From: Fistulifera solaris
Taxonomy: Eukaryota
Assembly: GCA_030295235.1 (NCBI GenBank)
Contig: AP026162.1
Coordinates: 2,480,001-2,544,000, forward strand
Length of the DNA stretch: 64,000 nt
Direction of reading: 5' to 3'
Both the position numbers and the translations under genes were made by a program. Shown here piece by piece: positions 1 to 10,990 of the stretch (the stretch's first letter is position 1; each line of letters opens with the position of its first letter). The notes under the pieces were generated by a model that ran no database searches, was not told the origin of the DNA, and saw only the letters and a program-made list of their open reading frames with translations.

Positions 1-1358
1 GCGCAATGTTGTGATTGTGGTATGAAAAATCCTCAATGGGCTTCGGTGAGCTTTGGGAATGTCTTTTGTCTCGAATGCAGTGGTGTTCATCGGTACGTAT
101 TTGCGTGAGAGAAAGTAAAGACGTGTAGAAGTGACTGACGTTATGCCTTATTATTATGGGTCTTTTTCTTGTTATTCAACACTTTATTTATTATTTATCA
201 ATCAACAATCTACAAAAATAATACAGTTCCCTCGGAGTTCACATTTCCTTTGTCCGTTCCATTGCCATGGATTCCTGGACGGATGCCCAATTGGCACAAA
301 TGAAATTGGGCGGCAATGACAAATGCAATGCCTACCTGCAGCAACACGGCATTGATCCCCGCACACCGATCAAACAAAAATACGAAAGTCCGGTCGCGCA
401 ATTGTACAAGTTGCAACTCAAAGCACGAGCCGAAGGCAAACCGATACCGACCGAATTGCCGGCCGCCGCGCCGCGCAGTGGGAACCTGCCGAGCAGTCAC
501 AACAGCAGTAGTAGTAATAATAGTGCAGGTGATCCCCAAAGCATGGAGCGATTGCCGGGAGAATCGGAACAACAGTACGTGGCACGACAAACGCGATTGC
601 GGGACGAAGCGCGGGCACGCATGGCGGCCAAGTTTGGGAATAGTGGTGGCGGTATGGGTTCGAGCAGTATGCAAGGAATCGGGAGCGATCCATCGTACAA
701 TCCGCGCGCCGGAGGTTATTCCTCGAACAACAACAGCACCGACGTCTTGCAAACGTTCAGTTCGGGATTGGGTGCTGCCTTGGGTGTCGCAGGATCGTAT
801 GCGGGAAGTGTCGCCGCCAAATTACAATCGGAAGATACCTTGCAATCGGTCAAAACGGTCGGATCGTCGTTTTGGGGGACTTTGACGTCGTCCGTGTCGA
901 GCGTGGCGGCGACGTTGACGACGGACGAAGATGATGGATTGAGTGATTTGCAACGACAATTCGCGTCACAGAAACCAACACAGAGTAAATATGCGGGATT
1001 TGGTAGTGGTGCTCCCACGAGTAGTGGTAGTAGTTTTGGTGCACCGGCGGCGAGCAATCCATCATTTGCGTCAAACGTCGTCCAGGAAGCACCCGGATTG
1101 CCCGGAGAAGACCGCAATGGAGTCGAGCGTTTGACGGGAGAGTCGGATGAACAGTATGTTGTTCGTCAAACCCGATTGCGAGATGAAGCGCGGGCACGCA
1201 TGGCGGCCAAATTTGGAGGTGGTGGTGGACTGTCGTCCGTGGCCAGCAGTCCTCCGCCGGCGTCGGCGCGTCCGACGCCACCGCCATCGCTGGTGAAGCC
1301 TCCATCCAGTGGAAATAATGTGAATGCGACGGATTTCTTCTCTTCGTTTGGTGCGTAA
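1..1358 (+). CDS. ADP-ribosylation factor GTPase-activating protein (ArfGAP1-like), 5'-truncated by window edge; intron 93-226
   Basis: Exon 1-92 reads [31 protein letters not shown] (CxxC-x16-CxxC zinc finger with catalytic Arg); GT..AG intron 93-226; exon 2 continues [17 protein letters not shown], the typical ArfGAP motif. Confidence 0.93.
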
Positions 1359-1487
1359 GGGTAATGATCATTGGGCCTTTTTGTTTCTATGAATGGAGAA
1401 GAATAGGATACAATAAACTGAAATAACACCCATAACGGAAAAGATGCATATTGGGAATCAAAGTGTAATTATCGGAATATTATGTTT

Positions 1488-4472
1488 CTAGCGCTTTTTC
1501 TTATTCTTTTTGCGTTTGTTTTGCTTCAATTTCGGTTTGACTTCGGTGGCCGTTTCTTCTATAGATTCGTCATCTTGGCGATGTTGGATGATAGGAGGCA
1601 TTGAACTTCGAAGTTCTTGAAACGACTCAGCAATGCGTTCTTCATAGTCTTCGGCAGAAGCAAATACACTTGACTCAAACTTCGATTTCTTTTTGCTGCG
1701 GAAGCTAGCCACTTCTTCCAGATCGTCCTCGTTGTCATCGTCATCGCCATCATCCATGCCCCCGGCCATAAACAAAAGTTCAGCGTCGTCGTCCTCCTCG
1801 TCTTCTTCTTCTTCAACGCCCTCGTTGAAGCTATCTTCGTCGTCGGATTTATCTTTTTGGTCCTCGTCATCCTCATCGTCCTCCAACACAAGCTTTGGTG
1901 GCATCTCTGCATCACTATCCGAGTCATCACTTTGATCCATGAAAGCATCGTCGTCATCATCGACATTGTCATTATCGTCTGGACTTGACGAAGAATCGTT
2001 CTCGGATCCTTTCGCATCAGGATTGACTTCATCATCGTCATCATCGCTATCTTTGGCGACATGCTGGTCGTCATCATCATCGTGAAGATCATCCCAGCCT
2101 TCCGTGTCAGGATCTTCGTCGTCCAAATCGCTCGGCATATCCATAGTGTCTTCCATGAGAGACTCGGCAAGAGAATCCACAAAAGCCTCTTCTTCCGGAT
2201 CGTCCTCCCAAGCTCGTTCGTATGCGTCAAAGTCATCGTCATATTGGTCATCTACGTTGTTCTGCTCAATTTTATCCAAAAGATCTTGGCTATCATCGTC
2301 ATCGTCCTTTTTACCCTTCTTTGTATCTTTGTATCGAACAATCCCCTTGACTTCATCGCGTTTGGCCCTTTCTTCAAAGAAACGAAAGAAGAATTCGTCT
2401 TCTGGGCTGACTTCGTTCTTCTGTAGAAAAGTGCGATCATTCACAGGAACCGTGGGTGTCGATGAACGGTGGCGCTCCATGACCGCACTGCGGGTTTGCT
2501 CCGTGGATCGCTGTGACGTTTTCGGGTTGCGGTAGGCAAACTTGTCCAAAAAAGTTTCCAAAGGCAAAATCGTGCAAAGGATCGCCGTTGTAGCCCAACT
2601 CTGAGTCCAGCGAGTGGGTGAATTTAACCACAGATGGATGATAATGATGTTGCAGCAAGTTCATTTCCCAAACTGGTGCATTCACATGACCAACCTCGTC
2701 AGAGTCAGTAATCGCAGTAGCAACCATACCATTCTCCATCTGCACTAATGCACTTCGCGGATCACGTTTGCTGGCATCCAAAATATATTCGGAGTCTTCT
2801 GGAACTACTCGAGCATACGACTGCTGCAAGAATGGGTGAATGCGCGCCACTTCGTGCCACAAAAACAGCGTTGCCGTCACCGTAGCTGCGTTGGGGCACG
2901 ACAGGATGGTAGACATCAAGCGTTTACAGCACGCTTGGATACGTCGTTCGTTCGTGTCGTATTTGAATGACTTGTACAACAAATTGAAGAACTGCGTCAA
3001 ATGCTTGCCAGAGAAAAGTAATTGCGTATCGATCAATTTAGCATACAAGGCACGGTAGAAACGTGTCCGACGTGCTTCGTGCTCCGGTGTCGAGGGTTGC
3101 GGTGTCGCCGCTACGGGTGCTTGCCTATTCTTTTGTTTCTTCGTTGCTTCTGCTCTTGTTGTTGCTGCTGCTTTTGTTCAACACCAATCACCAAGTGAAA
3201 CAACAGCAGCATGGCCTGTGTACACGCAGCCGGTGGTGCCGTATGCACCACACGGTACAAGGCATCCAAGTATTGTTCCATATCGTGCGATGCATCCACG
3301 TACGGGTGTGCTCGATTCACACCGGTCAAAAGAGCCGACAACAATCGCGAATTCAATTTCGTATCATCGGGTGCCTTTGTCTTCTTAACGTCTTTGGTAG
3401 CCGTGCGCCCCGAAATCGCCCACTCAAACAATTGAAAGTAGGTTTGAATCAATGAAGTCGCCAAGGCCACCGACTGTGGATTTCGCGACGAAAATTCCAA
3501 TTGATTGAGAAACAAGATACAATGATACAGGGCCTTTGGTGACAAGTGCGGTCGATGGACCGTTTGTTGGACTTCTCGTGCTACGACGGGTTGCATAGCG
3601 GGATGATGATACAAGATACCCCGCAATTCGTGTGCGGCCCGGGCCGCGATTTTGCGCGCGGGATCTCCCAATTTGTTCACTAGCAAAGAAAGAAGAATCT
3701 GTTCCCCGGTGGGAATTCGCTGCAACAAGGTCGCCGCACTCTTCAAGGCAAAGATCTTTTGCGTTTCCAACCCTTCCTGTAGGGTGTATTTCAAATACTG
3801 CTGCAAGAACGTCAAATACTGCTCCATGATCATTTCTTCAAAACGCCACAGTAATAGAAGCCGCGGAGACAACGTTTGCTGAGCATGGTACCGCATCAAA
3901 GGACGTTGCGACAACGCGATCAGTGGACGCTGCGACGGCAAATACGTGTGCATCCACAGATCCAACAAGGCCTCTGCCGCCAACTGCGCGACACGTGAAT
4001 TGTTGGTGGGACGGGTCATGTCCATGAGCTGTTGCAAAACGTGAAATTGATGTACGGGACTTTGGGAAAGGACGACACTCATGGCGGCAATCCGATCTTT
4101 CAAAGTACCCTTCCGCATCGTCGATTCCATCCAAGCATCGTCTTTGGATTTATTCGATAAGGCTAAAGCAATTTCGTGTCGAAACAAGTCATCGGCTTGT
4201 TGTCGGTATTTCGTAATGACAGCGGGAGTGTTGGGAGTGTCATTCTTGGTTTTGTCATCTGACTTCTTTACCGTGTCGTTTCGTTCCGGTAATTGTTTAC
4301 CAATCAAATACCATTTCGGTGCATCTTCCGTTAATTGCAACAATAACGTCGTATGTTGTTGTGTAGCCTTGCCAGAATCTTTCGATTTCGGTGCATCGGC
4401 CTTGTTGGCTTTCGTTTTGTCATCGGATTGTCGACCCCGACGACGTCGTTTGTCGCCGGCGTGTTCGACCAT
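1488..4472 (-). CDS. CEBPZ: CBF/Mak21 family ribosome biogenesis factor (CEBPZ/NOC1), split by two apparent frameshifts
   Basis: Three consecutive minus-strand ORFs (3111-4472, 2437-3048, 1488-2567) with GTLKDRIAAM, LVNKLGDP, LLSALLTGVNRAHPY, HHYHPSV, FLDKFAYRNPK and an acidic C-terminus with FASAEDY. Confidence 0.88.
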
Positions 4473-4850
4473 GACCCTTCTTTGTATTGCTGCAACGACT
4501 TTCGTCTATCTGGGCTCGATAGCTTTCGCTCGATTCGGTTGTGGATTGAGGAAAAGAAAAAGAAAATAATGAAGCCGATCGCAATAAACGTCCCGTTTAT
4601 TTAGTTTTTCGTTGGCTGAGCTCTTTGCGTGACTCATAACCTCGCGCGCTTATTTGCGCGAACGACCCCGGCGCGCCATTTTTTGAGTACCGCAGGTACC
4701 AGTATCGCGTCGTCGCGCCATTTTTCGGTTTCGACTTAAACAACACACAATACCACATTATTATTTTGAACAAGTTCATCGTGGAGGAACAGTCCTTCTT
4801 GATTTCATCCAAATTCTCCTTCCCATGATCGAGCACTACAAGACGCAGAG

Positions 4851-7132
4851 ATGACATCCATTGGTGACGGGATTTGCCGCTTTCATGGCGGTCCCAGGCG
4901 ATCTTCGTTTGTGCTCATTCAAGATGAGCTAGGAACGTGGCTGTGTCAGACGTCCTCTTCGTTAGACGACAAAAATGACGATACGATTACTATTTGCTAT
5001 ACACGATTAATTCAAGTGACACTGGGCGATCTAAAAGACAGTACAATGGAAGGTTGGGAATCGAGGAAGCTTTTGTTACTACCAGACGAGGCTACATTCT
5101 GTCCCTTCGCGACAGAATCCGACTCGTCCCGTCCGCATTTTCATGGTCGGATCCGGATGACGACGCCTACCAACGAGATTGACGAACCGTCCCAGGAACT
5201 GGTAGGAAGCATTACGTTTCTTTCGTTACCGGCATTGCCGCTTTTGTCACTTTCCATTCAAATCCAATCGGATGAGAAGGTCGACGACGACATCTTATCA
5301 CCGTTGTTGTTTACGTGTATCAAACGTCAATTGATCGGCTGTCCGATTCTCTGGTCGAACAAGGCCAACACGCTTTTCACAATTCAGGATTCGTATCGAA
5401 TGTGGAATTGTCAGGTCCAAGCGGTACAATTCGAATCGCAGCACATATCCCATCCGTTCTCGTTGGGCGTCGTTTACCCCAGTACACGGATTACCATACA
5501 AGTCGAAAAGAAGAAGATCAAAGCCCACTTTACTCAGTAACAACTACTACTACATTATCACCGGCCGCAAGATTGCTGCGCGAAACGCTCCACTGTCTCC
5601 AAGCCGGTCAATTCCATGTACCGCGTTACTTTCTCTGGACGGGTCCACCGGGGGTCGGTAAAACCTATTCGGTGCAACAAGTCTTGCCATGGTGTCACTT
5701 TCACAATGTGCGGGGAAACTTGTCGTCAGTGTTGCCAACCCTTACGAAAGAGAACAGCAGAAAGCCGAACCTGATCTTTTTGGATGAATGTGAGGCTATG
5801 GCATCGAACGACGAAGGTGCGGCAACTTTGGCGTATTGGTTAGACGAATGGTCTTACTCATCGACCCCCCTGGTGGTGGTGGCGGCCACCAATCGCGTGG
5901 ACGATCTCCCGGCGTCACTACGACGTCGATTTCATAAGGAAATGCATTTTATGCCACCTTCCGCAGAGGAGCGTTGTACAATTTTTCAACAATTGTTGCA
6001 AAAGTGGTGGCCTGCTACGGATCTTACGACCGAAGATTTGCGGGAGGTCGCTGATTTATGTGTGGGATATGTGGCGGCAGATTTGGTGGCCTTGGTGCGG
6101 CAGGCGTCCTTGGCGCACATGATGGATGCAGACAATAGTGGACCATCGACTGAGACGCCCAATAGATGCAAGGGCTATCTTTTGCGCGCAATGGAACAAG
6201 TTGGGGCTTCGGCACTAAGAGATGCCGCAATGACAGCTCCTCTGACGACCACGGGTTGGGACGACATTGCGGGAGAAGCGGGAGGCGCCAAAAGGCATTG
6301 CGGCAAGCCATCGATTGGCCCCGCACGAAACGAGACGCTTATGAATTGTTGGGATTAACACCACCGCGGGGTATATTGTTGCATGGACCTCCGGGGTGTG
6401 CCAAAACGAGTTTGGCTCGGGCCGCAGCGGGGGCCGCTGGAGTAGCGTTTGTGTCCCTGGCACCTGCTGATGTGTATGCTTCTTCCTATGTTGGTGATGC
6501 AGAGGCTATTGTCCGACGATCCTTTGACTTGGCGCGATCGGCCGCTCCCTGTGTGCTCTTTTTGACGAAATTGATGCCATCCTGGGGGTCATGTCAGACG
6601 ATGGAAATGTCTCTGCTGGAGGCTTGGCCCGTGGGCACTCGGCAGAGGCACGAGTGTTGTCGACCTTTTTGAACGAAATGGACGGTGTCGATGGATCGTG
6701 GAAAGATGGAGTGCTGATGCTGGGAGCCACTAACCGTCCATGGACTTTAGATGCGGCGTTGATGCGTCCTGGGCGCTTTGACAAAATTATTTACGTCCCT
6801 CCGCCAGATACGGAGGGGCGTCGAGCTATTTCGAAATGCAAACGCGTAATTGGAGGGCAAATAGTACAGCTGCTAATCATGATCCAATTGATATTGATTA
6901 CCTGGCCATTGATAAAATCTCTGGGAACATGACAGGTGCCGAAATTAAAGGTGCTTGCCAAGAAGCTGCTATGCATGCGTTGCGCCAATTCACCGAAGGA
7001 AAGACGTCTGAGCCAATTGTCCGTCAACGAGACCTCTTGCACGCTCTCTCTTTGGTAAAACCTTTGCTGTCAGATCCTTTTCAGATGGAAAACTTTCGTT
7101 TGTTTGAGAGCAAACGTCGAAACTGTACTTGA
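4851..7132 (+). CDS. CDC48/SPATA5-like double AAA+ ATPase, frameshifted in this assembly
   Basis: Walker A GPPGVGKT and GPPGCAKT, Walker B IFLDECE and (F)DEIDA, SRH motifs AATNRVD and GATNRPWTLDAALMRPGRFD spread over four overlapping ORFs. Confidence 0.82.
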
Positions 7133-7152
7133 ACCTTCCGATCGTCTCTTTC

Positions 7153-8524
7153 TCACTCAAACAGTACATCGCCATCAATTTCACATAAAACTTTGTATTC
7201 GGACACATCCCACGTCGCATGGATAAAGACAAATAATTTGTCAGAGGTTACATACACCGAACAGCTCTTACGGCCATCACTTCTATCAGATGAGCATTCA
7301 AAGTCGCTGAAACGACCATGTGAGTTCATGAGGATATCTAAGTTTTCCTGTTCGTTATCTTCCATGGTTTCGACGTGACAATGAACTACAGACCCTTTGG
7401 GAACATCGTTCATTTCAAACACTTGAGTAGAGTCTGTATCGAGTGATCCGATTTCATGAAAACCTGTTTGAATCGCTCTCAAATTACGAGCCGAGCGGGA
7501 CACAGGGCTTCGATACGCCAAGTACGAATCCACCATGACAGAAATCTGCCCTTCGGTGAACTCGTACAAACACGAGTCAGCAGAATAGTCCATAAAATTA
7601 AAAATAGGATCCAGTTTTCCGTCTCCTGGACACGTATCGCGTCGATCCTGTGGAGAGCATCCACTATTGGGGGTCTTTTTCGGGTGCCGTATCTCCGATA
7701 CCGTCACCACGTTCACAGCGTCCCTGGAAAGTATGAAACAGTCCTAGCCAGTGACCGACTTCATGGACCAGCGTATCTCCTTCGTTATAAGAAGAAAGTG
7801 ATCCTCCACGGATTGCTCTTCGATTAATCACAACGCCATCCAACTGGGGATGGTCGGCGTACCCATTCGGTAATGTGGCATAACCCAAGAGGCCACCCCT
7901 CAAGCTCGTTCGTGTGCGAATTGCCGTATAATATACATTCAAGACACTCTCGTCGCCTTTGCGCAGAGCCCGTTTCATCTTTCCTTCGCGACGAAATATG
8001 GCCAAGAACGATACATTCACCCTCATCCAGCGACGGTTGAACGGTCGCGAAATACAGGCAGTTGGATCCGAGGTCGAGTTCGTCGTTCCGTTGATATTGC
8101 CGTTCTCATCGAGTGTCGCCAAGGCAAACGAAATACCCGTATCTAGTGAGCAATTGCCCAAACACCATTCGAGCTCAATGTTGCAACATGACGCATTCGT
8201 AAAGGCTCGATTTAAATGATCCAGCTCCTCTTGCAGTTGCTCATTCGAAATGGTGTCGTTCTGGTGATTTTCACGTCGTGGAATGTGAAAGCAGACCGGA
8301 ATCTCCATTGACGACAAACGGAACTCGGGGTTGCGGTCTTCGAGAAACTCACGAAACTGACTGGCGTGTTCACGCGCTAGAAAATCCTGCGCGGTGGGCA
8401 AGGCCGTACCGCATCGATGCAAGATCGATGGTTCGTCGCCTTCCAGGTGACGTTCATGCGCCACCATCGTCGGAAGCGCCAGCAACAACAGAAGCCAAGA
8501 GCCGTATCTCATTGCGAAATGCAC
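7153..8524 (-). CDS. Secreted M43 (pappalysin/ulilysin-like) zinc metalloprotease with C-terminal PPC-like domain, copy 1; frameshift near 7680
   Basis: Signal peptide, HRCGT Cys-switch propeptide, HEVGHWLGLFHTF zinc motif, Met-turn NFMDYS. Confidence 0.88.
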
Positions 8525-8919
8525 GAAGGAAAAGATATAGACGTGAAGTCGTTTTTACTGCCTTTGGGTGATGGTATTGTGCGCCTATAATCCGTTTTTT
8601 TTTTTCGCACGTTCGATCGGCATGGAGGTTGAATTTCATAGAACCAAACGCCAAACGAAAGAACAACGACTGTATAAAGAATAAAGAGTACCGGTACCGG
8701 TAGTACTGACACCTTCATAAATCGGCTACGCGCGAAACGGGATGTGCGATTTATTTACTTACTCCATCGATTGCTTAATTGCGGTTATTAGTACAGTCAA
8801 AATAATAGTAAACGTTAATGCGCATAGAGGTCGTCCCAAAAAGTGTTACAAAATCTCCGTCGTTTACCTTCACTTTTTACGGCGCAACGAAACAAGAAAC
8901 CATGTGTATGTTTTTCCAT

Positions 8920-10221
8920 TCAACCCAACGACTCATCATCGTTAATATCGCAGACAACCGTGAATTCAGAAACCTTCGACTTGGCATGGACAATAACATA
9001 AATGGACTCGGCGATCACCATCAAAGAGCACTGGTGATTTTCACTGTCTTCCGAACTACATTCAAAATCATTCAGGCGGCCGTGCGAGTTCATAAACAAA
9101 TCCAGATTTCCTTCTTCTTCCTCATGAGCGATTTCGGCGTGGCAATGAACAACTGAATTCATCGGAACGTCATTCATATGAAACACTTGCGTAGCCCCGG
9201 CCTCCAATATTCCGATTTCGCGTAGCCCACGATGAATGGGTTTCAACATTCGACGGGATCCAGGAGTGCGATAAGTTACATACGAGTCGACCATTGCCGA
9301 GATCTGGCCCGCAGTGAACTCAAAAAGACACTTGTCATCCGAGTAATCCATAAAATTGAAGATAGGATCTTTAAGCAAGTCTCCGGTACAAGTATCGCGC
9401 TGCTCACTCGGGTTGCATCCATAATAGGGGACTCTTTCGGGCGCCGTATCCACAATCCTGTCACCTGGACTACAACCGCTATCAAATGTGTGATACAATC
9501 CCAACCAGTGACCGACTTCGTGAACAAGTGTATCACCCTCATTGTAAGGAGGAGCACCGCCCCGGATCGTATCACGTGACATGACGACACCGTCATCTTT
9601 CGGAAAAGAATCATAATCCCAAGGAAACGTCGCATAACCGAGTGTATTTCCTGGTAGATTCGTGTAGTAAACGTTCAAAACACGTTCATCACCTTTGCGG
9701 AGAGCTTCTTTCATGGCTCCATCAGCGCCCAAAAAACGGAAACGCACCCATCGTCTTTGTCGTGGTCGGGTCACACAGGCATTCGGGGAGGATACTGAAT
9801 CCGTGACACCATCATAGTTGCCATTTCCATCGAGCTTCGCCATGACGAACGAAAAACCCGTATCGGGGGAGCATCTTCCCGAACACTCCGACAGACTGGC
9901 GTCGCAGCACGACGCGGCCGAATAGGCCATGTTGAGATGATCAAGTTCGTCTTGCAACTGCTCATTGGAAATACGTTTCCCACCCAACAAAGATCTTCGT
10001 GGAATATGGAAGCACACAGGAACTTCGATGAGTGGGGCACGATACTCGTCGTTCCTCTCGGCCAAGAAAGCTCGGTATTCTTGGGCATACTCGCGAGCTT
10101 TAAGGTCGCTTTCAACGGGGTCTTTTGTTCCACAACGATGCTCTTCAGCGAGATGACGCTCATGCGCGACGGCTGTCACCGCGAGAATGGTAAGTAAATT
10201 GGAAATCTGGATGAACTTCAT
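8920..10221 (-). CDS. Secreted M43 zinc metalloprotease with C-terminal PPC-like domain, copy 2
   Basis: Intact 433-aa ORF: signal peptide, HRCGT, HEVGHWLGLYHTF, NFMDYS; clear paralog of the adjacent gene. Confidence 0.92.
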   Translation of the reverse strand: MKFIQISNLLTILAVTAVAHERHLAEEHRCGTKDPVESDLKAREYAQEYRAFLAERNDEYRAPLIEVPVCFHIPRRSLLGGKRISNEQLQDELDHLNMAYSAASCCDASLSECSGRCSPDTGFSFVMAKLDGNGNYDGVTDSVSSPNACVTRPRQRRWVRFRFLGADGAMKEALRKGDERVLNVYYTNLPGNTLGYATFPWDYDSFPKDDGVVMSRDTIRGGAPPYNEGDTLVHEVGHWLGLYHTFDSGCSPGDRIVDTAPERVPYYGCNPSEQRDTCTGDLLKDPIFNFMDYSDDKCLFEFTAGQISAMVDSYVTYRTPGSRRMLKPIHRGLREIGILEAGATQVFHMNDVPMNSVVHCHAEIAHEEEEGNLDLFMNSHGRLNDFECSSEDSENHQCSLMVIAESIYVIVHAKSKVSEFTVVCDINDDESLG

Positions 10222-10990
10222 GGATACTCTATGTCAGGTTTGTTTCAATTTTCAATGAAATCGTCGCCTGACCCAGTTCGGAATGATGTGAGAGTGTTGT
10301 AAATAATTGTGAAACCAAAACCGACAAGCACAATGACCAAATATTCTGAAAAATGACTCGTCTCTACTTTCTAGTTATTAAGTACCAGTACATACTACTG
10401 ATTGTCCTACATTGTTCGAATAATGAGTACTGCAACTTCCCAGCAAAATACAAAATACAAAATAGGCCCGAGAAAGTTCTATTGACTTTCAACTTTCACC
10501 TATGTTTTATGTTTCTTTTCTGTTTTCTTTTCTGTTTTCTATTCTCTACGGCGCTACTGCTGGATCCTGGATCCTATCGCTTGTCGCTTGTCGCTTACCT
10601 ATCGCCTATCGCCTACCAGTATCGCGTATGACAACTGGGTACCGGTACGTCAAATAGCTCGACCGTCTGCCCTGCAACGACACGTCCGGGGGTCCGGGTC
10701 CCTTCGGAGGAAGTACGTACGAAAGGTCGCCCAGGAACACAAAGATTGCAAGAGAAAGAGCGAGAGATCCGGTGTCAACCGATCCGTTCGATGATGTTGT
10801 AGCAAGCGCGACATTTATCGAAGGTCGGATGTTTTGAGCTTGCACACTTCGTGTAGATACATAGAGAAGAACTGAGATAGAAACGAGTGGGTTCAGTGTG
10901 AAATAAGCGACGTCATACTATCATCGGCAGCATTTGCCCATCACAGAAAGGAGTCAAGAGTTGCTGAAAAGTTTCAAATAGTTCCTCACA

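Noticed and set aside
1488..8524. Frameshifts in NOC1, the AAA ATPase and M43 copy 1 (also RPB5, LSM6, FNT, HMG-box, rps15, POT) as pseudogenes or programmed frameshifting
   Set aside because: They affect essential genes, several fall at homopolymer runs, and flanking protein sequence is well conserved; long-read indel error is the simplest explanation
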